From the IMG/VR virus record IMGVR_UViG_3300023283_000016, positions 1 through 42,202 of that record: DNA of 42,202 nucleotides, one strand, 5' to 3'. Position 1 is the first letter of the stretch, and each line of letters starts with the position of its first letter. Made by a program: the position numbers and the translations under genes. This document shows, piece after piece, positions 27,670 through 36,842 of this stretch. Below the pieces are notes generated by a model that did not search any database, was not told the origin of the DNA, and worked only from the letters and a program-made list of their open reading frames with translations. Source of the DNA: a virus (Duplodnaviria > Caudoviricetes).

Positions 27670-28026
27670 ATGCCCACAGATATGAAACACGTTGATCTGG
27701 CGTGGGTACTGGATGAACTCGTTCCGGAAGCCAAGTATCGCCACTCGCACTCTTACGACGCGCTGGTGGCTACTTGGACGGACGCTCGCCCCGTGCCAAC
27801 CAAAGAACAGATTCTCGATAAATGGGATGAGATTCAGTCCCGCGAAGTTACCCAAGAACCCACTATTCAAGAGAAGGTCGACGCGCTTCTGGACAAGGAA
27901 GACGGCGATCCATCTAAGCTGACTACGGTTCTGGATAAACGTCGAAAACATCGCAACAAAACGAAACGCCAGTCGCCGCCCGGAAAGAACAAAACCAAAC
28001 GACAACCCCCGACCAATGGAACGTAA
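27670..28026 (+). CDS. Putative tail-fibre assembly chaperone (XkdW-like)
   Basis: LVPEAKY....Y..L..W.D..P.PT.EQI pattern; directly after the tail fibre gene. Confidence 0.55.
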   Translation: MPTDMKHVDLAWVLDELVPEAKYRHSHSYDALVATWTDARPVPTKEQILDKWDEIQSREVTQEPTIQEKVDALLDKEDGDPSKLTTVLDKRRKHRNKTKRQSPPGKNKTKRQPPTNGT

Positions 28027-28031
28027 TTCCA

Positions 28032-28226
28032 ATGGCCCCCTTTGAAATTGATGAAGACAGGTATTTGGCTCTTCAGTACTTGCTCCAAGAAACCAACAAG
28101 GACGTTAAAGAGCTTCTAGAGAACGACCGTGATAAGGAAGCACGACTTCGGGGGCTAGAGCGCTCTGTGGCACTGGTGTTTGGGGGCCTGACGGTCGCGG
28201 CTGTAGTCGCACCGTTTGTTCTTTGA
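28032..28226 (+). CDS. Small membrane protein (holin candidate; coiled coil plus C-terminal TM helix)
   Basis: EARLRGLERSVALVFGGLTVAAVVAPFVL; lies at the T7 gene 17.5 position. Confidence 0.6.
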   Translation: MAPFEIDEDRYLALQYLLQETNKDVKELLENDRDKEARLRGLERSVALVFGGLTVAAVVAPFVL

Positions 28227-28230
28227 TGCC

Positions 28231-28503
28231 ATGAGTAAGAATACATCTGCTGATTCCATCCTTAAGGCGCTTCACGCCGTCCTTGCGGACCATCTGAAGA
28301 GCCGCATTGAAAGCGCGGAGTCGCTGGACGCTGTTCCGGCTGCCGTGCTGAAAGAGGCGCGTGAGTTCCTTAAGGACAACGGGATCGACGCTGACGGTAT
28401 GAACAACCAAGACTTAAATGGTCTAGCTGCCAGCCTGCTCGGGAAGGACACCGATGACGACGCGGATCGCATCCCCTTCCCGGTAAACACACAATCCGGC
28501 TAA
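28231..28503 (+). CDS. gp18: Terminase small subunit, T7 gp18-like
   Basis: LKALHAVLADHL...AAVLKEAREFLKDNGIDA motif; directly before the large subunit. Confidence 0.85.
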   Translation: MSKNTSADSILKALHAVLADHLKSRIESAESLDAVPAAVLKEAREFLKDNGIDADGMNNQDLNGLAASLLGKDTDDDADRIPFPVNTQSG

Positions 28504-28512
28504 GCAGGAGTA

Positions 28513-30186
28513 ATGACACAATCGAATAGCAACCCCCTGTGCGACTTTAGGAACTTCCTGTGGCTCGCATGGCGACACCTGAGCCTGCCCAATCCGACGC
28601 CCATTCAGTACGACATTGCCTACTGGCTTCAGAACGGCCCGCGACGCGCCATCCTTGAGGCGTTTCGCGGTGTCGGCAAAAGCTGGATTACGTCGGTGTT
28701 CGTGGCGTGGCTTCTGCTGATGGACCCGCAGGTGAAGATTCTGGTGGTGTCCGCGTCCAAGGAACGCGCCGACAACTTCACCACCTTTACCCAGCGGCTG
28801 ATTCGGGATATGCCGGTGCTTCAGCATCTGACGCCCGGCCCCAATCAGCGCAACTCCAAGGTCAGCTTTGACGTTCGAGGCGCACGCGGCGACCACGCCC
28901 CCAGCGTGAAGAGCGTCGGCATCACCGGCATGCTGTCCGGTTCGCGTGCAGACATCATCATTGCTGACGACGTTGAGATTCCCAACAACTCGCTAACCCA
29001 AACGCTCCGCGACCGGCTGGCCGAGGCCGTCAAAGAGTTCGATGCGATCATTAAGCCGGGCGGACGGATCATCTTCCTTGGGACACCCCAAACGGAAATG
29101 TCCCTCTACAACGTGCTGCCCAAGCGAGGGTACAAGGTGAAGATCTATCCGGCCCGCTATCCGCAGCCCGAGCATGCGCATCCGGAGATGGCGAATCTGC
29201 TGGCGGAAGCGATGGTGTCCACCCCAGAGATCGCCGGGCATCCCACCGACCCCGACCGATTCTCTGACCTGGACCTGCTGGAACGTGAGGCGTCCTACGG
29301 GCGCTCGGGCTTTGCCCTTCAGTTCATGCTGGACACGTCCCTAAGCGACCGCGATATGTTCCCGCTGAAGACGGCGGACATGGTGGTGATGGGACTCAAC
29401 AGTGACGTGGCCCCCGAGAAGGTTGTGTGGGCCAGTAGCCCCGACTTGATCCCCAAGGAACTGCCCAACGTCGGCCTCAACGGCGACAAGTGGTATCGTC
29501 CCATGCAGACGCGGGGCGACTGGATTGACTATGAGAGCAAGATCATGGCCATCGACCCGTCCGGGCGAGGCGCTGACGAGCTTGCTTGGTATGTCCTGGG
29601 CTACCTGAACGGCCAGATATTCGTGATCGACGGCGGCGGAACGGTTGAAGGCTACGCCGACAACGTTCTGAAGCTGCTGGCCAAGAAAGCCCATGAGTTC
29701 CAAGTGGATCGCGTGGTCTATGAGAACAACTTCGGCGACGGCATGTTCGGGAAGATTCTTCAGCCGGTCCTGAATCGGGTGTACCCGGTGACGCTTGAGG
29801 AAGTCCGACACAGCACGCAGAAGGAAAAGCGCATCATCGACACCCTTGAGCCGGTCCTGAACAGCCACCGGCTGGTGGTCAACGACAAGCTGGTGCAGAA
29901 GGACTACGACTCGACCAAGCATATGCCCGAAGAGTCGGCCCACCAGTACATGCTGTTCTACCAGCTTACCCATATCACGCCCGAGCGGGGCGCACTGCGG
30001 CACGATGACCGGGCAGACTGCCTGGCGATGGGCGTCAATCACTTTGTCGAGATCATGAACCGGGACGTTGACGAGGCGATGGAAGACCGCAAGAACGATC
30101 TGTGGGAAGCCGAGTTTGAAGAGTTCTTGGCGGACGCTGGTGCGTCCCCTCGCCGCCCCAAGCAGGCCCAATGGATGCGTCTGTAA
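28513..30186 (+). CDS. gp19: Terminase large subunit, T7 gp19-like
   Basis: EAFRGVGKSWIT, GSRADIIIADDVE, LGTPQ, IDPSGRGADE, QKEKRIIDTLEP and HDDRAD motifs. Confidence 0.97.
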   Translation: MTQSNSNPLCDFRNFLWLAWRHLSLPNPTPIQYDIAYWLQNGPRRAILEAFRGVGKSWITSVFVAWLLLMDPQVKILVVSASKERADNFTTFTQRLIRDMPVLQHLTPGPNQRNSKVSFDVRGARGDHAPSVKSVGITGMLSGSRADIIIADDVEIPNNSLTQTLRDRLAEAVKEFDAIIKPGGRIIFLGTPQTEMSLYNVLPKRGYKVKIYPARYPQPEHAHPEMANLLAEAMVSTPEIAGHPTDPDRFSDLDLLEREASYGRSGFALQFMLDTSLSDRDMFPLKTADMVVMGLNSDVAPEKVVWASSPDLIPKELPNVGLNGDKWYRPMQTRGDWIDYESKIMAIDPSGRGADELAWYVLGYLNGQIFVIDGGGTVEGYADNVLKLLAKKAHEFQVDRVVYENNFGDGMFGKILQPVLNRVYPVTLEEVRHSTQKEKRIIDTLEPVLNSHRLVVNDKLVQKDYDSTKHMPEESAHQYMLFYQLTHITPERGALRHDDRADCLAMGVNHFVEIMNRDVDEAMEDRKNDLWEAEFEEFLADAGASPRRPKQAQWMRL

Positions 30187-30304
30187 GACGGAGCCTTGGA
30201 GCCGCTCTGTGGGTCACTGTGACCGTTTTGTGGCTTGGGGGAGCCTATTCGTGCCAACTCCCCAACTGATCCGCAGTTAGAACAGTGTGCGCCGCTGGCG
30301 GTCA

Positions 30305-30322
30305 ATTAAGTGCCACTCTAGG
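30305..30322 (+). promoter_or_regulatory. Phage RNAP promoter
   Basis: ATTAAGTGCCACTCTAGG, identical to the copy at 8294. Confidence 0.85.
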
Positions 30323-30360
30323 TACAACCCCGTTGTGCCTCCCCTATAGAGACTCATAGA

Positions 30361-30398
30361 GATACCTAAAGGATTCCTTATGACATCCTTTAGGTATC
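30361..30398. repeat. Perfect 14-bp inverted repeat in an AT-rich patch
   Basis: GATACCTAAAGGAT, 10-nt loop, ATCCTTTAGGTATC. Confidence 0.85.
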
Positions 30399-30465
30399 AC
30401 TATGCGGTCCCATAGCAATGTCCTTCTATGTCTACCCCCACTTCCCCACCAAATAGGAAGGCCGA

Positions 30466-30969
30466 TTGAAGACACCGACTACGCGGGGCTTCTATGGCCC
30501 CATCTCGATAAAACGGGTGCAGCGGCTCTCCGAAGAGACGCGGGGCATCCTAGACGGCATGGAACGGATTACGTTCTACCTCGATGACCTGTATCCCAAG
30601 GGTTCATGGGGACGGGACAACGAATGGTGGTGGCTGGCCAAGGACGGCCCGGCGATCATCGCGTTCAGCGGTATGGTCCGCAGTTCGGCGGAACCCACAA
30701 CGGCCTACCTGTGCCGCTGCGGCGTCTTGAAGCCGTGGAGAGGCCGGGGGCTGCAAGGAAGGATGCTCAAGGCCCGTGAACGGCACGCCCGCAAGCTGGG
30801 CTTTAAGTGGCTCGTAGCGGACACAGCCCACCCCACGTCCATAGCCAGCAGCAACAACCTGATTAAAAACGGGTTCCGGTTGTACGACCCGCCTTTCTAT
30901 TGGGGAACGGAAGGTGCGCTGTACTGGCGGAAGCGTCTACGACAAGGACCAAGCAATGAACAAGAGTAA
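30466..30969 (+). CDS. GNAT-family acetyltransferase
   Basis: YLCRCGV...WRGRGLQGRML (acetyl-CoA-binding motif A) and SSNNLIKNGFRLY. Confidence 0.85.
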   Translation: MKTPTTRGFYGPISIKRVQRLSEETRGILDGMERITFYLDDLYPKGSWGRDNEWWWLAKDGPAIIAFSGMVRSSAEPTTAYLCRCGVLKPWRGRGLQGRMLKARERHARKLGFKWLVADTAHPTSIASSNNLIKNGFRLYDPPFYWGTEGALYWRKRLRQGPSNEQE

Positions 30970-31126
30970 CCCCAAGTACCGCCCCAGCCAGCATCGCCGC
31001 GAAGCGGAAATACTGGTTCGCATGGCGGAAATCCAAGATGGACGCCGTATCCACCCGCAGGCTCGGGAAGGCGCGGTGCGCTCGATGGAAGCGCAGATCA
31101 AGCACGACAACGGAGAAGACCACTAA
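30956..31126 (+). CDS. Hypothetical protein
   Basis: ATG with AAGGA RBS; TAATG coupling to the next gene. Confidence 0.55.
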   Translation: MNKSNPKYRPSQHRREAEILVRMAEIQDGRRIHPQAREGAVRSMEAQIKHDNGEDH

Positions 31127-31437
31127 TGACGCTCCAGAAAATGGCCAACGGCCTTCCACTGCCAAAGCCCGACGTGGACAGCAACGCCCGCAGTTCGGTT
31201 CGCTACTGGCTCACCGTCAAACCCCATGCTCTCATTCTCGGCCACAGCCTCAACAGCGGCCGTGTGGCCGTGGATAAGACGCTGTGGGAGAACCTTGACG
31301 GCAACGAACGCTGGTACGTCCGTTACATGATGCAGTTCGACCAAGACCTTCACCAAGAGGGCACGCAGTCTGAACGCAAGGTGATCGCCGTGGTTCCGGT
31401 CAACGCCGCCGAGTTCGTGCTGGCGAATTGGCAGTAA
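31126..31437 (+). CDS. Hypothetical protein
   Basis: 103-aa coupled ORF with GGAG RBS. Confidence 0.65.
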   Translation: MTLQKMANGLPLPKPDVDSNARSSVRYWLTVKPHALILGHSLNSGRVAVDKTLWENLDGNERWYVRYMMQFDQDLHQEGTQSERKVIAVVPVNAAEFVLANWQ

Positions 31438-31443
31438 TACGTT

Positions 31444-31545
31444 ATGCGTCATGATTTCTACATCGACACGCTGTATCAGACGGTGTGCCTGGTGTTCATT
31501 GGCTACATCCTTCTGGTTTTGATTCTGTCGGCGATGGTGGTTTAA
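31444..31545 (+). CDS. 33-aa single-pass membrane peptide (not in ORF track)
   Basis: MRHDFYIDTLYQTVCLVFIGYILLVLILSAMVV; starts 6 nt after the previous stop. Confidence 0.45.
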   Translation: MRHDFYIDTLYQTVCLVFIGYILLVLILSAMVV

Positions 31546-31608
31546 CGCCGCCCACCGACCCCGGCTCGCTGCGCTCGCCGTCGCGGTGGGTTGGTCTAGT
31601 AAACGGCA

Positions 31609-31839
31609 ATGAGGGTTCTGTTAATGATTCCCCGAGTTTGTGCAACATGCCGCCACGGCACGTTCGCAACGCCAAATGAGGCACTGGGCAAGTGCCGACT
31701 CCGAAAGATTCTGGATGAAGAGCGTGACTCCGACACCAAGGAAGTCAAATCGACGCGGGTGTTGAGTTCGTCAACCCTGGCTGATGAAAGCTGTGACCAA
31801 TGGGAAGTGAGGCTGATTGATGCCCTACCGAATGTCTGA
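31609..31839 (+). CDS. Hypothetical Cys-containing protein
   Basis: CATC...GKC...SCDQW pattern, possibly Zn-binding; start uncertain. Confidence 0.55.
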   Translation: MRVLLMIPRVCATCRHGTFATPNEALGKCRLRKILDEERDSDTKEVKSTRVLSSSTLADESCDQWEVRLIDALPNV

Positions 31840-32020
31840 CCGCGAGATCGCGGACCTTCTGGCGTCTCTGGTGAGCCGCACGGCCCGCTCACGGACTCAG
31901 CATGCTGTCCAGCAGTATGTCCTTCGTACGGCAAGCACGATTCCCGGCGAGCCGGTGCACGACAGCGATCTGGCGGATCGGATTCGTCAACGCTTGCAAG
32001 AGAACAATCCGGATGCCTAA
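31832..32020 (+). CDS. Hypothetical protein
   Basis: MSDREIADLL...; overlaps both neighbours. Confidence 0.5.
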   Translation: MSDREIADLLASLVSRTARSRTQHAVQQYVLRTASTIPGEPVHDSDLADRIRQRLQENNPDA

Positions 32021-32942
32021 TACGCCGGCGATACGCCAAGGCGACTGTCTGGAAGTTATGAAGACGCTAGCCAACGACTCCGTTGATCTGGTCTTCACGT
32101 CCCCGCCCTACGAAGACGCCCGCACCTACGGCATCGACTACAAGCTTAAGGATGACGGGTGGGTATCGTGGGCGATCCCCCGCTTTGAAGAGTGCCTGAG
32201 AGTCAGCCGTGGGCTGGTCGCATGGGTAGTCGAAGGGAAGACCCGACGCTACCGCTATTCGCTGACGCCTATGAAGTTGATGCTGGCCCTCAATGAACGG
32301 GGCTACTGCGTCCGCAAGCCCCCGGTCTTTCACCGGGTCGGTATTCCCGGCTCAGGTGGTCCGGATTGGCTGCGGAATGACTATGAGTTCATCGTCTGTG
32401 CGACCCGCGAGCGCGGGCGGCTTCCGTGGTCGGACAATAAGGCGATGGGATCGCCGCCCAAGCACGCTCCGGGTGGGCCTATGTCGCATCGGATGCCGAA
32501 TGGACGCCGGGTGTTGCGAAAGACTACGACGCCCGGCAAGGACGGCTATATGGAACAGGGCTACTCCCCGCCTGCCAAGACCAATCCCGGCAACGTCCTA
32601 AGCCATTCTGTAGGCGGCGGGAAGATGGGCCATCCTCTCGCCCATGAGAACGAAGCCCCGTTCCCGCTTGCCCTGGCCGAGTTCTTTGTCCGCAGCTTCG
32701 CGCCACCCGATGGAACCGTCCTTGATCCTTTTGTCGGCAGTGGGACCACGCTACAGGCGTGCGCGGAAGCCGGACGGAACGGCCTTGGGATTGATCTGAG
32801 GGAGTCTCAGGTTGGTCTGAGTGCGCGTCGGCTGGCCAAAGATGCGTGTCCGTTCTGTGGCTTCGCGTTTAATCATGAATCCCTTGGTAAGTATGGCTGT
32901 CCGAATTGCGAAGGTGACCCGGACGCCGAAAAGGAAGGATGA
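32013..32942 (+). CDS. Amino-DNA methyltransferase (beta class, probably N4-cytosine) with C-terminal Zn ribbon
   Basis: GDCLEVM..L..DSVDLVFTSPPY (motif IV) precedes VLDPFVGSGTT (motif I); C-terminal CPFC...CPNC. Confidence 0.92.
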   Translation: MPNTPAIRQGDCLEVMKTLANDSVDLVFTSPPYEDARTYGIDYKLKDDGWVSWAIPRFEECLRVSRGLVAWVVEGKTRRYRYSLTPMKLMLALNERGYCVRKPPVFHRVGIPGSGGPDWLRNDYEFIVCATRERGRLPWSDNKAMGSPPKHAPGGPMSHRMPNGRRVLRKTTTPGKDGYMEQGYSPPAKTNPGNVLSHSVGGGKMGHPLAHENEAPFPLALAEFFVRSFAPPDGTVLDPFVGSGTTLQACAEAGRNGLGIDLRESQVGLSARRLAKDACPFCGFAFNHESLGKYGCPNCEGDPDAEKEG

Positions 32943-33579
32943 TCGATCCAACATCTACCGTCCTGTCACTGTGCGACCTAACGGGCGTCATGGTGAAACC
33001 TTGGGCGGACGCTGGATATCGGTGCATCTGCGTTGATATTCAAGAGCCGGATGACGACTGTGTTCACCACCCCCAACATTGAACACGTCACGGCCGACAT
33101 TAAGGACTACCTGCCCCCACTGGCCAACTACATGGCAGCCTTTGCGTTCCCACCGTGTACGCATACAGCGGTGTCCGGGGCAAGGTATTTCCAGAGCAAG
33201 GGGCCAGAGAGGGCTGCTGAAGCCTTCGCGGTGATCGCCCGGTGTGATCGCCTGATCCGATGGACAGGCGCACCTGGGTTCTTTGAGCAGCCTGTGTCTA
33301 CTGCTTCAACGTACTGCGGCAAGCCCGACGTTACGTTCAATCCGTGTGACTTTGCCGGGCATCTGTACGATCCATCCTTCGATGCGTACAACAAGAAAAC
33401 CTGTCTATGGACCTACGGAGGCTTCAAGCTGCCGTCCGTGCGGCCCGTTGAGCCGGTATCGGTGTGTAAGCAGGGCAGTTGGGTACAGAAGCTGGGCGGA
33501 AAGAGCGAGAAGACAAAGAGGCTGAGAAGTGCTACTCCGCAGGGGGCTCGCTGAGGCGGTCTTTCGGTCGCTATCGTAA
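32939..33579 (+). pseudogene. Phage C5-cytosine-methyltransferase-like gene with two +1 homopolymer frameshifts
   Basis: N-terminal VLSLCDLTGVMVKPWADAGYRCICVDIQ, catalytic-type FPPCT, FFEQPVS, YNKKTCLW, RSATPQG(LAEAVF). The frame is restored by deleting one C (33070-33074) and one G (33542-33546). Confidence 0.7.
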
Positions 33580-34011
33580 CGCTTCCGGGACGTAATGACA
33601 CCAGATTTCCACTGAGAGCCTTGAGTGGCTCTCTCAGAGCTTCCATTCGTTACCCTGGGGTATCGGTGGGGTAAATCTCAAGGCTCTGAGAGGGCTTCTC
33701 AGGGCTTCTGTGAGGGTGGCGACATTTTGGTGCAGATTTCTCTGCGCCTTATCGCTACTGACCGGAGCGAACTTCCCCCCTTGACGGCCCTGGGCGATCC
33801 GAATGGGCACAGATTCGATCCCAGGGGTACGCTGTGACACAATTTCAGGCACAGCCGATGCCGATTCTGGTATTTTTGTTGCTGTTGCTGTCGGATAGTG
33901 TGTCCGATGGCGCGGATGGTGCGCCCGTTGCTGGCCAATGGCGAGCTTGGATGTGGTGCGATGGTATTGATATTCATTTATCAATTAATCATTTCATCTA
34001 TTTTTGTCGGT

Positions 34012-34040
34012 TTGCGCTTGTCGAAACGATACAGTAGTGT
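34012..34040 (+). promoter_or_regulatory. Putative host sigma70 early promoter
   Basis: TTGCGC-17 nt-TAGTGT with an AT-rich UP-like tract at about 33965-34006, upstream of the first early gene. Confidence 0.45.
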
Positions 34041-34168
34041 TACCATCCGCGACATGAGACACTGCAAACCATCCGCCCGCGATCCGCCACCATCGGCTAC
34101 CCTCTGCGCATACTGCTACCTTCCCGTATCACTACGACACCGAACACACCAACCTGGAGCAATCAACC

Positions 34169-35803
34169 ATGGCCACCATCACTACACACGACTCAACAGC
34201 AATCACGCGGACACACTTTGACGAAGATCGGCTACACCGGCGCGCCGTTGAATCGCTCTGCGACAGTCGCCGCGATGGATGCCGCACTGATTATGTCCCC
34301 GGAATAGATCCCTCGCGCTGGGCGGATGACGCGCTCAAGGCGCACGATGCTCTGTACAGCCTGTTTGGCGGCGCGAGCCGACTTGAGATCGATCTCTCGC
34401 GCATCGGCGATCTGCTCAGCGACGACGACATCAACGCGATCGCATCGTTGGCGCTGCATGGCACAGCGTTCCGGCTTGCCGATGAACTCTATGCGCTGTT
34501 GGTCAGTCGCCCCAGCAGCATCGAATGCCGGCGGCAACAGAAGCATGATCTAGCTCTATCGCCGAGCAGCGCCCAGAACCTCGCGATATACGCGCGTCTG
34601 CGCGAGAATATCCGCTTTGCCGAGCTTAGCGAAGGATATACACCAGAGGCGATCCGCAAGTGTGGCGAACTGGCTAGCGAACTGTTTCCGCACGATGAAG
34701 CACTGACGCGTACCCACATTCAGAACCTGGATTGGCTCTGGTCGGGCATGGTCGGGCGAATGAAGATCGGCCGCAAAGTGTCACGCATGAATCTACCGCA
34801 AGACGTCAAGTTTGCGGCCGAAGATGTCGCGAGATTCGCGCGAACTGTCGACGCGATCCGCGCGTTGTTTCGTAAAGGTTCGCCGCGCTATCGGGTCGCC
34901 ATCAGCGGCGAGCCCCATCGAATGCTGGACTTGGGCGACATGCGATGCGATGCGGGGAGCTGCTACAACGCTGGGCATGAATTCGGCGGCGCGCCTGTTG
35001 TGTTGGCGCAGTCGCCGAACAGCGTTGTGCTGCTGCTGAAAGAATACGATCCAGAGCGTGTCCAGACTTACCACAGCAGCTCGGGACTGCCGTATGAGAG
35101 CGACAACAATCCAGTTGTGGCGCGCGCTTGGGGCTTCGTCGAAGAGGACACCGCAGCGTTTAGTAATGTCTACGCGCGAACTCTGCGCGGAGATAAGCCC
35201 ACCGCGATCGCTGCCTTCTTGGGCGCGCTCAAGGCTGTTCACCAAGATTTGGACCTGACAGCGCCGCGATTCGATTTCCGCGCCCGCGCTCAATACACCA
35301 ACGGCGATGCGATCGTGTTGCGAACGGCAGCAGACGCGCGTTTTTCAGGCTACATCGCGCCGATCAACGATGACGGCGTGGACATGGATGCCGGATCGGT
35401 CATCGCGCACTGTGAAGACTGCGGCGCGGCAATTCACGCCGATGACGTTCACTGTCTAGAAATAGAGGCAGGCGTTCACGTCTGTGAAGCGTGCGGCGAG
35501 TCGTATGTCTATTCTGAAATCGAAGATCGGCATATACCCGATGACGAAGCGGTTGAATATTGGGAATACACGCGCCTCGGGTCGATGCGCTCTGTGATCG
35601 ACTACGCACCAAGCAGCGCGCCGTATATCATCGAGACCTACAACGGCGACTATTGGCTAGAGCGGGACACCCTGGAACTGGCCGACGGCCGCCGCGCGCC
35701 GCAATTCGACGAAGACGTTATCCAACTGACCGACGGAGAACACGCACTGATGGAAGATGCAGTGTTCGATGAGGAACTCGGCGAATATCGCCTTGCATCC
35801 TAA
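34169..35803 (+). CDS. Large early hypothetical protein with C-terminal CxxC/Zn-finger-like and acidic region
   Basis: GGAG RBS, 544 aa; GSCY motif, VARAW, HCEDC...VCEAC. Confidence 0.8.
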   Translation: MATITTHDSTAITRTHFDEDRLHRRAVESLCDSRRDGCRTDYVPGIDPSRWADDALKAHDALYSLFGGASRLEIDLSRIGDLLSDDDINAIASLALHGTAFRLADELYALLVSRPSSIECRRQQKHDLALSPSSAQNLAIYARLRENIRFAELSEGYTPEAIRKCGELASELFPHDEALTRTHIQNLDWLWSGMVGRMKIGRKVSRMNLPQDVKFAAEDVARFARTVDAIRALFRKGSPRYRVAISGEPHRMLDLGDMRCDAGSCYNAGHEFGGAPVVLAQSPNSVVLLLKEYDPERVQTYHSSSGLPYESDNNPVVARAWGFVEEDTAAFSNVYARTLRGDKPTAIAAFLGALKAVHQDLDLTAPRFDFRARAQYTNGDAIVLRTAADARFSGYIAPINDDGVDMDAGSVIAHCEDCGAAIHADDVHCLEIEAGVHVCEACGESYVYSEIEDRHIPDDEAVEYWEYTRLGSMRSVIDYAPSSAPYIIETYNGDYWLERDTLELADGRRAPQFDEDVIQLTDGEHALMEDAVFDEELGEYRLAS

Positions 35804-35879
35804 TCCTAGTAGCATCGGCGGCGCGTCTGCATCATCATCATCATTACTACTAACCACAAACAAAGAGGATAAATTGATT

Positions 35880-36842
35880 ATGAATCTTCCCGATAAATAC
35901 GCGGGGCGCATGCTGCGACACTTCATGACTGAAAGTGAGCGCGGCATCGTTAATCAGTTCGCCAAGCTGCCGCACGCCGAACGTGTCCCATGCGACAGCT
36001 ATACGGGATGTCGGGCCGATGCTGTTTATGTCCCCGGATCGCGCGCGGATCGGGTGTTGCTGGTTGCGCATTACGACACCGTATGGGGCAGATCGAAAAT
36101 CCGATTGCTTCAGCGCGGATACATTCTGTATTCGGGGCGGAAGCGCGTTGGAATCGGCGCGGATGATAGGGCGGGTATCACTGCGCTCTGGCTCTTGCGA
36201 CACCTGGATGGTCACAGCCTATTGATCTTGCCCGCTGAAGAATGCGGATGTTTGGGCGCTCATGCTGTCGCCGATGCGATGCCTGAAGAATTGGCGCGCC
36301 ATCAGTTCGCGATGCAGTTCGACCGACGCGGCGACCGGGATATCGTGACGTATGATTGCGACAATCCTAAGTTTGACTGTTATCTCAAAGAAGCGCTTCC
36401 GGGATACAAGCTAGCGGATGGATCGTTTAGCGACATCTCTGTGTTGTGTCCAGAAGCGCGCATCGCAGGCGCTAACGTGTCTATTGGCTTCGAGCATGAA
36501 CATACACCTTTTGAGCGTTTGGATGTGCTCGATTTTTTTCGCACGGTGCAACTGGTGCGCACTCTGTTAAGGCGGCGCAAACTGAAGCGATGGGCATACG
36601 TCGAGTCGCCGCACAGTTATGGACGTTTCATGCGGCAATTCCGCGCCGCGCCAGCGGACGCCACTAGCGTTGACCCTTGGGATATTGACTGTGAGCCTAA
36701 CGCATCGCCACACTATGACGGTGCAGACAGCCTGTTTCCCCACTGGTGCGACGATTGCGCCATGGCATGGTGCGATGGCGAGTACGAAAAAGACCCGGAC
36801 GGCATCCCGCGATGCCCCGATTGCAACGCGGGATTGATCTAA
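35880..36842 (+). CDS. M28/M20-clan zinc peptidase-like protein with C-terminal Zn ribbon
   Basis: LVAHYDTV, GIGADDRAG, EECGCLGA, FDRRG, GSFSDIS and NVSIGFEHEHT motifs; C-terminal CDDC...CPDC; GAGGA RBS. Confidence 0.85.
   Translation: MNLPDKYAGRMLRHFMTESERGIVNQFAKLPHAERVPCDSYTGCRADAVYVPGSRADRVLLVAHYDTVWGRSKIRLLQRGYILYSGRKRVGIGADDRAGITALWLLRHLDGHSLLILPAEECGCLGAHAVADAMPEELARHQFAMQFDRRGDRDIVTYDCDNPKFDCYLKEALPGYKLADGSFSDISVLCPEARIAGANVSIGFEHEHTPFERLDVLDFFRTVQLVRTLLRRRKLKRWAYVESPHSYGRFMRQFRAAPADATSVDPWDIDCEPNASPHYDGADSLFPHWCDDCAMAWCDGEYEKDPDGIPRCPDCNAGLI

Noticed and set aside
29341-30171. 276-aa minus-strand ORF
   Set aside because: Antisense shadow of the terminase large subunit.
35830-35853. 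(ATC)n/(ACT)n microsatellite
   Set aside because: Short, intergenic, and without evidence of function.
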